From Ophelia neglecta (lineage: Eukaryota): a DNA stretch of 64,000 nucleotides. The stretch's first letter is position 1, and each line of letters starts with the position of its first letter. Below, in pieces: positions 11,522 to 24,140 of the stretch. The DNA lies in NCBI GenBank assembly GCA_965285935.1, contig OZ260666.1, positions 37,076,001 through 37,140,000 of the forward strand. The letters are read 5' to 3'. The notes under the pieces were generated by a model that ran no database searches, was not told the DNA's origin, and saw nothing but the letters and a program-made list of their open reading frames with translations. Both the position numbers and the translations under genes were made by a program.

Positions 11522-11984
11522 GTAAAAGATATATCTATACCCACCAATTATCACCATTACTTGTATTCAAGGCGGTATCTTAGAATCACTCCTCTGGGTT
11601 TTGGGGCCAAAATATAGCATGTTGGAAGTAGTATGGCTGTGAACAAATGAACCAATTGATATTAGTGATTGTATCAATCTAATGGTCTGTTTAGTGAGGG
11701 TAGGCCTCCTCAACCCACACAGTCAACAGATTGTTTTGCTAACTGTAGTAATCTGCTTTTGCAGGAAAGTACAAAAGCTGGTATATTGTATCTTTTCAGT
11801 GTTGATTTTTTTGTACCCTCCATTATGATATATATAGAAAAAAATGTCCTTTTTGTGTGACTATTTATATTAAAATGAATTTGGCAATTAGCGTCTTAGA
11901 AATATGATAAATTTAGCACACTTTAAAACACATGTAGGTTAATTGGCCCTAAACACAGAAGAACAATAGATACGGGTCATATTG

Positions 11985-12050
11985 TATACAGGCAATTTAG
12001 AAAATGCTAGCAAATGTACAAGTCTATATATTTTCTAAATTGCCTGTATA
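11985..12050. repeat. Perfect 21-bp intronic inverted repeat with 24-nt spacer
   Basis: TATACAGGCAATTTAGAAAAT / ATTTTCTAAATTGCCTGTATA. Confidence 0.9.
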
Positions 12051-12201
12051 TTTGTGGCGTATGTTGGAGGTGAGATGGTTTTCAGTAGTAGTGTGATTAG
12101 AGACTGATAGTAGTTTTATGACGTTTTTAGGGTCTAGGTATCTCCATCTGGAGTATGTTTAATGCTTTGAAGTTAACCTTGAACCTTTTGACTGGTTCCA
12201 G

Positions 12202-12315
12202 GTGTACATTCTCTCACCATTGCTGGTGCCTTCCCAGAGGATGAGGGCATTTACAAATGTACTGCCAGAAACCAGGCAGGAGAGGTCACATGTATAGCAC
12301 ACCTCAGAGTCAATC
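12202..12315 (+). CDS. Exon, C-half Ig
   Basis: VHSLTIAGAFPEDEGIYKCTARNQAGEVTCIAHLRVN; ttccag / C|GTAAGT. Confidence 0.9.
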
Positions 12316-12575
12316 GTAAGTATACCTTAATCATTAATATCAACTCCTTGAAAAGAAGAAAATTATGATTAAATATCATGAATAAGTTTTTCACTTTATT
12401 TGAACTATGATTTATATCTTTTGTGTCTATATTTAAAAATGAAAATACTTTATGTACGATTAAAAATTAAACAGATAAAACCATGACCGCTATCTTTCCA
12501 TTATATAAGTGTCAGAGGAGAGTAATCTGTACATGTGTGCCCAATATGCTGACACGTGTTTCCCTCCATTGGCAG

Positions 12576-12766
12576 CGCTGTCCAGTGAGCCAGAGATGGA
12601 GCCCCACAAACACATGGAGCCTCCCAAGTTTGCCAAGCCCATATCTGGAGTGCAGGCCAAGGACGGGGAGCAGGCGGTGTTTGAGGCCATCGTGGCCGGA
12701 AGCCCCCTGCCCGAAGTCACCTGGTTCAGAGAGGGTCACCAGATCACTCACAGTGAAGACTTCCAT
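12576..12766 (+). CDS. Exon, N-half Ig
   Basis: EPPKFAKPISGVQAKDGEQAVFEAIVAGSPLPEVTWFREG; tggcag / CAT|GTGAGC. Confidence 0.9.
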
Positions 12767-12937
12767 GTGAGCACAACCTTTTGTTATTAATATCTACAAA
12801 CCTACCACAGTCAGAGATCAGCATTGCTCTGTCAAGAGATAAACTATTAATGTGTTTGTAGATTGGTTTTTCTTGAGAGTATGGACATGTGTGTTTTTAA
12901 TGACATTGTATTGATGTAGGATTCTGCCCTGTTTTAG

Positions 12938-13067
12938 GTGCTGCGTGAGGGTAACAAATGTATCCTAGTCATCAAGGGTGTGTACCCCGAGGACTCCGGC
13001 ATCTTCACCTGCAGGGCTACCAACCCGGCTGGCGTGGCCGAGTGCAGCGCTGAGCTCTTTGTCGAAG
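12938..13067 (+). CDS. Exon, C-half Ig
   Basis: VLREGNKCILVIKGVYPEDSGIFTCRATNPAGVAECSAELFVE; ttttag / G|GTAGGT. Confidence 0.9.
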
Positions 13068-14030
13068 GTAGGTGCTGACTACCCCCCCCCCGCCCCCCCG
13101 GGGGAGCATGGATGTTACATCCCAGGCCTCATAGCCAGCCCGGCTGGGGGATCCTGCATGACCAGAAATGTTACCTTTAATATTCATCTTTAGCTTTGAG
13201 CACTCACTTAGAACAAAGTGTGTTCAAATGAAATATCAGTTTATTTTTAATAACTAATCCAAATATAAACACAACAAAGTGTTAGATACATTTATACACT
13301 ATGTGTTTTTTTAGATATATTTTTTCCCTGCTTGAGTGGTTACAGCTGCATTCAGTTACACCCCCCAATCCCTACCCTAATGTCCTTCACACCCCAGTCC
13401 ATAGCCTTCTGTCCTTCTTCGTGTGTGTGTGCTAGTGTGTTAGATGAGTGAGATCTCTTCTTTTCAGCATGTTTGTTGATTAATGATGATTTTATTGCAG
13501 GCATGTTCAGTTTTGTTTTCAGCTCCTTTTGCCAATTTTGATAATCCATTACTGTTTATGATATTTCAGGCAAATGAAATTTTTGTAATCTATTACTAAT
13601 ATAATCTATGAAGTGACTTTTTCATTTATGTTGTGTACTAACCAGTTTATTAAAGCAGCATGTAGATTATTTAGGTTTGAGTGACAGTGTTCCAATCTGG
13701 CATGTCAGACCTGTGTATACTACTACCCCTGGAGCAGTGTGCCGGAGGGTGAGTGAGACATGTTAATGACTTGGGTGCAACATAGACATTTTTAACATTC
13801 TTAACATACTGAAATCTTATTTGATCATATTATAACTCTGTATTCTCTTATGAGATAAATTTCCATAATTGGATGTATCCATTGATTTCATGTAGATGTA
13901 ATAGTAGGTTATGAGGCAGCTACAGAAGCACATATTCACTGATTCATTAAAGGTATTTTATATATATATGGGGGGGGGGGGGGGGTAGTTATATGGTGAG
14001 GTTTCTGACAGTGTTATTGTTTTTCTATAG

Positions 14031-14154
14031 ATGCTACCAAGGTGTCCACATCTAGGGTAGTGTTTCAACAACCACAGCAGCCACAGAAGATGGCGCCACG
14101 CATCACCAAGGCCCCATCTCCAGCAAGGGAGGTACCAGTCGGTGTGACCACAAA
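14031..14154 (+). CDS. Exon, linker plus start of Ig
   Basis: ATKVSTSRVVFQQPQQPQKMAPRITKAPSPAREVPVGVTT; ttctatag / AA|GTAAGC. Confidence 0.85.
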
Positions 14155-14436
14155 GTAAGCATACAGGATATCTAGTAGTATAATTTTGGTTAAAAGGCAT
14201 TCTTATTTTAGGACATGACTTACATCCACAATCCCAGGAAAGGCAGGGAATATTCTATCCATCCTAAAACATCAGAGGCAAAAGTCAAATATTATCTACT
14301 GTATTTCTCATGATGTGTACTTATAAATATAATTGTCGCCTGGTCCACTTGAATGTTTCTGAAAAGTGTCAATTATTTCTGAGAGTTATTTCTGTATTTC
14401 TGTAACATTTACTGTAAGTTCTGATCTGCCGTCTAG

Positions 14437-14657
14437 GTTGAATGTGGTGGTTCAGGCTCTGCCTCTGCCACGTTTCTCGTGGTACGCCAATGGCAAGCCA
14501 ATCCAGCAGTCACAGAGGTTCAAGGTCACCTACGACGAGACAGGCCTCATCACACTCATCATCTTCAACGCCCAGCCACAGGACTCGGGAGAATACGAGT
14601 TTGTGGCTTCTAATGAATTGGGCGAGATCAGCTGCAAGACTGTTCTCAACATTCAGC
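14437..14657 (+). CDS. Exon, Ig body
   Basis: LNVVVQALPLPRFSWYANG...QDSGEYEFVASNELG; gtctag / C|GTGAGT. Confidence 0.9.
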
Positions 14658-14948
14658 GTGAGTATTAAACCTGTACTCTACATTAGATAAACGCAGGGCT
14701 AGAAGGACAACACCAGAGTGGCATTCGGTCAGTGATCATCAGTACCAGCTACATGTGTATAAGTAGCCACTAAACTGGCTATCAGCATGACATGAATACT
14801 GTTTACCAAGCTCTTGGTTAAACACATTTGTAAGGTTCCTCAAACACCGACCAGTTAGGTGGTTTACTCTGAGCTTGTAGATGATGATAGACATATCTTA
14901 CCATAGATGTAAGGTGTACTTGACAGCAGAATGTTATTTGTCTTGTAG

Positions 14949-15090
14949 CCACTGTCAAGACTGTAGAGCTGCCCACAACAGGGGTTCAGCAACAACAGGT
15001 CACTATGACTACCAGAAAAAGGGAAGTGATCCCTGTGTTCAAAGTGCCACTCAGCCAAGAGGTCAGGGTCAAGGAGAATAGTGTTGCAAG
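14949..15090 (+). CDS. Exon, linker plus start of Ig
   Basis: ...REVIPVFKVPLSQEVRVKENSVA; cttgtag / AG|GTAATG. Confidence 0.87.
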
Positions 15091-15300
15091 GTAATGGTCT
15101 CACTTTTGTATTTTTACAAAGGTAATTTAGTTCTGCAAAACAGTGTTTAGAAAAAAACATTCATAAACCATGTTAATGTAAGACAGTTGAAATGAATTGT
15201 GTTTATGAGTTTTTTTTCCATTGAGTAGTATTCCAGCCTTGGATAGTGATGCAGTGTTTGTCATGTTTAAGTTTCTTATCAGTGGTGTTTTTCATTGCAG

Positions 15301-15518
15301 GCTGGAGTGCCATGTAGAGGCCTATCCTCCTCCTAAGATATCATGGCATGTTAATGGAGTGGAGATCAAGCCATCCACCAAGTACTTCATTGGTCTGGAG
15401 GGCTCTAAGAGTGTGTGTGAGATCCGTAATGTGACCCCTGCAGATATGGGTGTTTACACGTGTAAGGCCTACTCCGACATAGGCGAGGCTGTAACCAGCA
15501 CCACTCTCTATGTCATAG
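15301..15518 (+). CDS. Exon, Ig body
   Basis: LECHVEAYPPPKISWHVNG...ADMGVYTCKAYSDIG; attgcag / G|GTAAGT. Confidence 0.92.
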
Positions 15519-15664
15519 GTAAGTGAGCTCAGTTAGAGAAAGTTGGTCATTTGCATGATAACTGTGAAACTTTAATGTAAAATCATATTTTGCTCATGAA
15601 GTGACATTTCAATTTGAATCCTAAAAACCAGGATTATTGAATGAATCTGATTTAATTCTTTTAG

Positions 15665-16381
15665 TGCCTGAGGTCCCGTCAGAACCTCCCCAATTTGTGC
15701 AGCAACTGAAGAATGTGACAGCTCAAGATGGCAAAGAGGTTGTGCTCACCTGTGTGGTGAAGGGAACACCCATGCCGGAGGTACAGTGGTACCACAACCA
15801 CAGAAACATTGACAAGAGTGAGGACTTTGTCATCAACTATGACCGCAAGACTGGCAAGATTGACCTGGTCATTGTGGACTGTCTGCCTGATGACCATGGC
15901 AGGTTTAAATGTGTGGCCAGCAACCGTTCAGGGCAGGCTATCACAGAGTGTGTCCTTACCGTCCAGACTAAAACAGAGAAAGTCATCGAGGAGAAACATG
16001 AGGTGAGAAAGGAGTCGGTTGAGTCTGTTCACAGCAAGTCCAGCTCGGACACGGAGACCAAGCTGGTCAAGAAGGTGGTAAAGAGGGTGAGCGGTCAGCC
16101 GCCCCGGTTCACCAAGCCCATCCAGCCCTGTGTGGTCAAGGAGGGAGAGTCCTGCCAGTTCCATGCCATCTGCACTGGAGCACCCACACCTGAAATCAGC
16201 TGGCTGAAAGACAAGGTGGAGTACAAGCCGGAGGGCCGTCACGTTCCCGGCTTCAACCCGGAGACCGGGGAGTGTACACTTCTCATCAACAACGCCCGAC
16301 CTGAAGACGTGGGAGTCTACTCCTGCCGGGCCGGCAACGTCGCCGGACGAGCCACCTGCACAGCTAACGTGGTCGTAGTCC
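15665..16381 (+). CDS. Cassette exon A: Ig - short (~45 aa) spacer - Ig, phase 1-1, 717 nt
   Basis: ORF 15637..16512; ttttag / C|GTAAGT. Confidence 0.93.
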
Positions 16382-17348
16382 GTAAGTACCAGACTGCTTT
16401 GTTGCCTGTCTATGTGACTTATCTATTTCTTATATTTGATTTCCAACAATTCCCACTATTTATAAATCAAATACAAATGAATGGTATGAAAACCTTTCTC
16501 TTGAATCAATAATTCAAAACATGTTTATCAATTTGTCTTTTTATACCCTTTTCTGCATGTCTGCTGCAACCTCCCTTGTCTTTCACCCTCTACTTTTTGC
16601 ACCTTGTGTTAATGTGTTGTCTCTTTATGTTTGTGTTTGTATGTGTTGTGTTTTATTCTCAGGTATGGCATAGATATATACCAGTTTATGGCTTTTTGTA
16701 TACACTATTGTAGGGAAGTTTATTTCTTAATTTGAACTCGAAAGCTTTGTTGATATAGTTTCAGAAGTGCAGATTATTTTCATCATGATTTATAAATAAT
16801 TTATCAGTATTCTTGCACTAAATATTGTTGCTGGTAGAAAGTGTGCCTTTTTAAAATAAATAACTCCTAGATGAAGTAGTATTATCAGTATAGTGTAGTA
16901 TGCAGAATGGTCAGACAGTAGTTAATGGTATGGAATAGAACCTAGTCATATCTATATCTGCAGGGTACAGCTAGTGGCTTATTGTACATGTACAATGGTA
17001 CAATGATATATGTGTTATTTTCATTGTAGCTACACATTATATCATATTACATTATTGTAATAACTCGACACAGCCTCATAGGATAGGGTTTAACCTGTGA
17101 AGTAAGGGATGAGGCATTTACATAGTGACTCTGAACTGGAATGCTGTACCAATACTGCATTGTAGTTGTTTGTTTTATTGGATAGACTCATGTTGTATAG
17201 CAGCTACAGTGAGCCTTTGATGCAAGATAATCACACCATTCTTGAAGATGAGATTAGGTTTTCTAGGACTGCTTGGCTGTACATTGGGCTTGCCCTAGTG
17301 CCTGTTCACAAAAGAGACAATTGATGTCTTTTATAATTTTGACTACAG

Positions 17349-19946
17349 AGGCAGACCAGTGCATGGGCGGTTTGGACATGGCAGCTGACTACAATGCCCC
17401 TGTCTTTAGCCTTCCTCTCACACCTAGTCATGTGTTTGATGGAGATGAAGCTTTATTGAGATGCAAACTAACAGGTTTTCCACACCCTGATGTTTTGTGG
17501 TACCACAATGACATAATTGTAGGTGACAGAGATGGGTTTGTTATCAAACATGACAGAGAAACGGGCATTTGTGAACTGATCATACTAGAAGTTTTTCCAG
17601 AAGATCAAGGATATTTTAAATGTGTTGCTTCCAATCCTGCTGGAACAGCCATATCAAGTGCTAAGTTAGTTGTTTGTGGATTTGCAAGCACAAGTGAATT
17701 TGAGTCCTCTGAAACCTCCGAGCTGGAGATGCAAATACAGCCACCAAGGCAGCCACCTCCCTCTCCATCGGAGGAGTACATTGTACCATCTGTCAGGGAA
17801 AATAAATTCCATGATTCTTTGATAGAAAGGACTGATGAAACTTGTGTGGTTGTAGAGGACAACTTCAAAATGGACCAAACATATTACAGTGTCAAGGAAG
17901 CTTGTATGGAAGATGAGAATAGCCAAGAAGACCTGACTAGACAACAGTATCTTATTCAACTACCGTTAGTGAAAGAGGTGGAAGTGACTGAGCTAACAAC
18001 TACCACTGAGGAAACATTCCAAACAACGAGGACAATAAGAGAAACAATGGAAGTGATTAAAGAAAGCCACCCTCAAATGGGTAGGAAACAAATAATAGAT
18101 CAGGCTGCTTCTGTATGTAACAAAGAAACTCAAACAGAGGCTACTAGTGATGTACAAATTGAGAATAAGGTTGTTGAAGAAGAAACAATACGGACTCTTG
18201 TAGAAGAGGAAGTCACTCTCCCCTTTAATATGACTGGCCTATGCTTGACAGAGCCAGCAAGTGCTCAGCCGGCTGATGATGTGATGCCATTCGCTCTGAG
18301 AGAGAAGTTGTTTTTGCCTCCAGTTGAAGAGACCTCACATTCTGACGATGAGAGAGCAAGAGACAATGTGTACCCAGTGCTCACCGACTTCGACATGAAA
18401 GAGGTGGCAGTGCCCAAAGAGATTCCCACCGTCATTGCTCTTGGTGAAGAAAACATGGTTGGATCTATTATGCCTGCATGTACCATGGAGATGCCAGTAG
18501 TAAAGACCTCACAGTATACAACTGTAGTTAAACAAAACAGTATGAATCAACATTCACAGCAACGTGCCATTATTGTGCAGGCAAATCCACAGCTTGTTTT
18601 TCAGGCAGAGGAGAATGTCCAGGAAATTGTTGCTGAGACTGATGCCGAAAATACACTTGATGGCACCGAAATTCAAGAACTGAATGAGGCAAATGCTGTT
18701 ACATTTCTTGTCCAGATGCATACCTCTGAATTGAAATTAGATATACCTGCAGAACAAGTGCAGCAACTGCCTTCAGAGGTCCCAATAAATGTGCCTCTGT
18801 ATATAGAGAGTGTCATATTTGCGATAGAAGAGCATCCCTATTTGACTACTTTGGGTGTGTGTGAGCCTTTTATTGAAATGAACAAAGGGAAGCGCAATGT
18901 ACCTGAGGCCTGTATTTCACATACTATTGAAAAAGTGCAGCTTGTAGAAGACAGTGATATGCTGGACTATAGAGCAAGAGTTAAGATAACCCCTGTCACA
19001 GTGTCTTCAGTCCATCAAGTAGTAGGCAAACCAACAGTTACTGTCATTGGTACTTCAGAACACATACCAGTAAAGACAAGTATGTGTCCTCTTCAACAGC
19101 TACATACTAAAACTACTACAACATTCTCTGAGAAAACAGACGAAGATGCTAAAACAAAAGGCTGCAGTGAAACCAGTCCTGAAACTGTAAATGAAGAAAG
19201 TCCCCTTTCCAGACCTTTAGAAGCAGATATGACAGTAGAAGACCATCCAACTGTGGAGCATATTAAACCCACAGTAAGGGACCAGATTGAGCACCAAAGG
19301 GAAACTGAGGTAGTTCATATAAAGCCTGATGAAATCTACCAGCCACCTGAGATTAAGCTACATATATCTCCAAATCACCCAGAACCATTTGTCTTAGCTG
19401 TTTGTGAACCAAAGGTCATCAATCATAAGTTATTATTGATAGCTGATGAGGTGAACCTGGGGGATAAAATAGAGGATTCTACTATTGTGATGTTTCCTGA
19501 GCATCCACTAGAACCAAACAGGCTCTCTAGCGTCAGTGTACCTACTGAACCAAACACAGAACAGTTCATTACCTCTGCTGTAGAACATGCAGAAGACAAT
19601 GACAGGAACATTCCAGCTCCTTGTGGAGGGATTGTCTTGGTTGAGACACACGAGGCATTGCTTCCCGCCCGGTTTGAACATCCTATCCAGCCTCTTTTAG
19701 TGTCCGGAGGGGACTCGAGTACTTTCAGTGCTAAGGTGTCTGGCTTCCCCCTGCCCGAAATTAGTTGGTACAGAGATGGAATCCTTCTGACAAATTCAGA
19801 CAGGATCTGGGTACAATTAAATACAGAAAATAATCAGGTTGTCCTCACAATTTTGGATTCTAAGCAAGAGGACTCTGGAAATTACGTGTGTCATGCTTCT
19901 AATGAGGCAGGCACATCTGTGTGCTCTGCCAATCTGGTAGTTGTAA
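17349..19946 (+). CDS. Cassette exon B: Ig - ~660 aa unique E/V/T/P-rich spacer - Ig, phase 1-1, 2598 nt
   Basis: ORF 17273..19975; ctacag / A|GTAAGT. Confidence 0.88.
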
Positions 19947-20732
19947 GTAAGTACACAAGCAAATATTTCAGATAGAATATCATAGGTTATTAGGTGTAAT
20001 GCAAAAAGTTCAATGCCCACCTTCGTATACAATTGGTAATTATTTTTTCATAATCTTACTAGAAAATGTACCAGTAATACAGACGTTAATGGATTTGTCA
20101 TATACTGCTACTGTGCTGTCAACTGTCACTGTACATGTCAGTGTGTCTTGATGTGGTATGTTTGGTATTCTTGTCTGTTGTTTATTTTATTAATTGTTGT
20201 TGTTACTAATATTTTATGACTTGCATTCATGTGTACATGTATATGTTATATGCAATGAATTTGGAGTGACTGCTTTGAATTCATACTACATGTATAATCA
20301 AGCTTTTGTGGGCTTTAGCTGATTCCTTGTCAATAACTTGTCATAGCCACTTGTTACTATACAAACTAGGAAGTATTCCTAGTTAAATGTGTTCTGCAAA
20401 CCAGAAATCACACTTGTGATTAATGATTGCAGTTGGATAAAAGCTAGTGTCCTTTTTTGTGATATTCCACTTGGAATATTGTTCCCACTGTACAGAAGCT
20501 TCAGAACATAGACTGTTGCTGAAGGTTGCCTATTACTGCTGGTTAATTGATGTTGTTAACTAGTTGACTGGATAGATATTCCTACTAGGAATATATGTCA
20601 TAGACAGCAGAAGTAAGATGTCAGTGCTTTTGGCTGTCCATCCCTGTAGTAGAGCATGGACATGGTGACAGTACTGGTATGTGTTCACATGCTGGTGGTA
20701 ACCACATTTTTGTCTATCCCTTGTTTATCTAG

Positions 20733-23700
20733 CCCCTGAAGTACCTGAACCACCTTACTTCATCACTGGGCTCCAGCCAATAACAGCCAAGGATGGTGAT
20801 CAGGTGACACTGAGCTGTCAGGTCATTGGTAGGCCAAAGCCATCGGAGATCACATGGTATCATGGCACTAAGTTATTGGATGATAAGTGTGATTTTATCA
20901 CACATTATGACTCAGAGACTGGTGTTTGCCAACTTATCATTGTTGAGTGCATTACAGAGGACACTGGACTTTTTACATGCAGTGCAAAAAGTACTGCTGG
21001 AGAGGCAGTCACATCTGCTAGACTTGTTGTTCAAGAGGAAAATAGAGGGGAAGAAGATGCCATGGAGAGTGAAGTCACATCAGAAACAAGCACAAAGTAT
21101 ATAGAAACTGTTTCTGTGTATTCAACAAAGAAGGAGCTAGATCGCAAAGAAATACAGGACACAATCCCAAAGCACCATCAGATCATTCAGACAATTGCGT
21201 TAGAACCCCAAACCCCTGAGGTAGAAGTGAGTCCTCCAGACGACCAACAGGTCTGTGTTGATCACAGATACAGAACCACATACAAGGAACATCTAATGGG
21301 AGATGGGGAACTTCCAGGCATTGCTTTTACTGTATCTCTGCCAAAACAGCGTTTGAGAGTGAAACAGAGAGCACAAGAGGCATTGCATTCAGAAACTGAG
21401 ACAGAAACTGACATTGACATTGATGAAATAGAAGATCATGGAACAGCAAATCCTCACTACCAAGAATTCATTATGAGATCACATGAGCCCAAGTCTTGGG
21501 CATTCAAAGCAGAACTACCAAAAGAAAAAGAAGTCACTACCATCATGTACAAGGCCTGCATTTCTGCTGATGTTAAGCCAAGAACATTTTCCATACAAGC
21601 CCCTGATGTCCAAGAACTTAAACTGACAGAGCCAGAGAAACTGGCCGCAACTACAGTTGTTCAAAAACCTAAACAAGTTCTGCTTAAAGAACCTATGCTA
21701 ATAGTCAAAGGAGAAACTAAGGAACCTGAGAGTGTTGTTTTGACAGGAGTTGAAGTTGTCACTGTTAAGTCAGTTATTCCAGAAGCTGAAAAGATAGAGC
21801 TTTACAAAACTGAGCAAAGAGTCTCAGCTTCATCAAAATCTCCCCCAAGAGAAGAAATAAATTTCCAGGAATATTCCCCCAGTGAAATTCCAATCACTGT
21901 AACTGAATCTGAATCAGAAGCTGAGATTTTGGATGGATTGACAAGGAGACACTATTATAGGTCACCAGATAAGTTCACCACCACTTATTATGAGGATATA
22001 GTGTCTGAATCAGAGTTACCAGAAGTGGCTATTACTATACCGATTCCTGATGGATCAGTATCAGATTCTGAACTCTATCCTACAAGAAGACTTTATGTTG
22101 GCAAACATCATATGCAAAGACCCAGAAGTCAGGAAGATTTAGTGACAGAAACTGAAACTGAATCTGAAGTAGAAATATCTGATGAGGTCCTTGCTAAGAA
22201 AGAACACAGACGACATGGGCCTGCGTACCAGGAGAGAATCAGGAGGGAAACTAAACTAAAACCTGTTAATGTGGAAATTGAATACCAGCTGTCAGATGAT
22301 TCTGATGTCGAAAAAGAACCTGAAACAATCTCACATTCTATCAAAATACATAAAACAGTTCAGCCAAAAACAGAAAGTGTCTGTAAAACAGTGATTGTAA
22401 AACATCACAAGCCGCTGGTTAACTTGTATAGAATGACACCATTGGCTAGAACTGATGATGGCCACACACTGCAGCAGAGTGACAGTGGAACTCTACCAAC
22501 CAGAAGTCTCCACCCTGTGACAACAACAGCTGAGGAAATGAAGAGAGAGGATTATACAAAACCAGACAGATCCCGAAGACAGAGGGTGATAATCCAACCA
22601 CCCGAGGAGGATGCTGAATATGAGTCTATCATTTCTGAAACTGTAACAAAGAGCAGCCAACACATGAGTTCCGAGTACACCTCCCAATCTTCTTATAAAG
22701 AAACATTTGAGAAAAGCACAACATATGGCTCTGAAACCCTAGATGTCGGTTCTGATTCAGAGCGCATTCTTACGGACAGAACTCCAACTGTGCCAAAAGA
22801 ACCCAAACCAAAATCAAGACGCTCATATCAAACAGCTATCCAGCCTGAAATTATGCTACATATTCCTGTTGAACATCAGACTAGCATAGCAGGCCGCAGA
22901 GGCCACAGAGGCAGGGGCGAAATTGACAGGAAGGGCTGTCCTAAGACTCCAGAAACATTCAAAGACAGAATGCATTCTAGGGAAGTCATTTCTTCTACCT
23001 TATCAGACTCTGAATATATGCACTTTAAAGAGGAGTATCGCCGGAAAACAGAATTAACTAGATGGTCAGATGATGAAGAGGCAAGGAGAAATGTGCCTGT
23101 TAAACACATTACTTCTACTAAAAGAATAAGACCACACAGCAGTGGGCCCATAGACTCAGTACCAATAAGTGTTACATCAACCCAAAGGACCCAAGCTCCA
23201 GCTGGAACGGGAATGCCACGGTTCACTGTTGAAGTAGCATCAGAGCCATGCAAGGTAGTAACTTGTGTTGAGTCCAAAGAAACCACTTCTGAGAAGAAAG
23301 ATTCAAAGAAGACAACTGAGACAGTAACAACTAGATTGAAAAAGGGGAGAAGTAGAGACACTTCTGTTTTTATTCCTCATAGCGAGGACCGAATGAAACA
23401 TGACAATACTCTGAGCCCTTCTAGTCTGATGCCGCCATCTGATTTACCTGACACTCCTCCATACACACGCAAACACAGAGTAATGGAAATCCCACTGGCA
23501 TTAAGCACACCACTAAGTGATACTGAAAATCAAACTTCAACCCGAACAGATGAGTCCTTATCAAGGATGGACCAAACAACGGAGGTAAAAGATACACCAA
23601 AAGATGTGACTCTTGATGAATCTCAGATGGATGTGGAGAAATCATTGACTGGGGCTGAGTCTAAAGGTCAACAAACACCAGTAGTGCTAACAAAGGAAGG

Positions 23701-24140
23701 CCAGGAGGTGATTAACAGGCATATATTAGAACATGGTGGCTACGCCTCCCAAAATGGAGCAACAATCCTCTGTGACGAGAGCATGCAGATGATGCCGCCT
23801 CATTTTATTGTCCCCATTGAACCACAGATTGTACATGAAGGTCAAACATGTACCTTCACTGGCAGGGTGACAGGTGTACCCATGCCAGAGATACGGTGGT
23901 ATAAGGAACTATCAAGAGCCACTCCCATTAAAAGGGCTAGAACATCCATGGATCAGGATGTGAAAACTCTGGCTTTGGAACTTGCAAAAAGTGCCAGGCT
24001 GACCCAGTCATACAACCGAGAGACTGGCGACATTTCTTTGGTGCTCAGAGACTGCACGGTGGAAGATGGTGGCAATATTTCTTGTGTGGCCACTAACTGT
24101 GTTGGTCGGGCTACTTGTACGGCTAACATGATCGTCGTGC
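20733..24140 (+). CDS. Cassette exon C: Ig - ~900 aa unique S/T/E-rich spacer - Ig, phase 1-1, 3408 nt
   Basis: ORF 20804..24148 extended upstream to PEVPEPPYF; tatctag / C|GTAAGT. Confidence 0.9.

Noticed and set aside
13675-13748. Possible exon ending AGG|GTGAGT
   Set aside because: None of the nearby acceptors gives a phase 1-1 exon, and 13067 splices in frame directly to 14031
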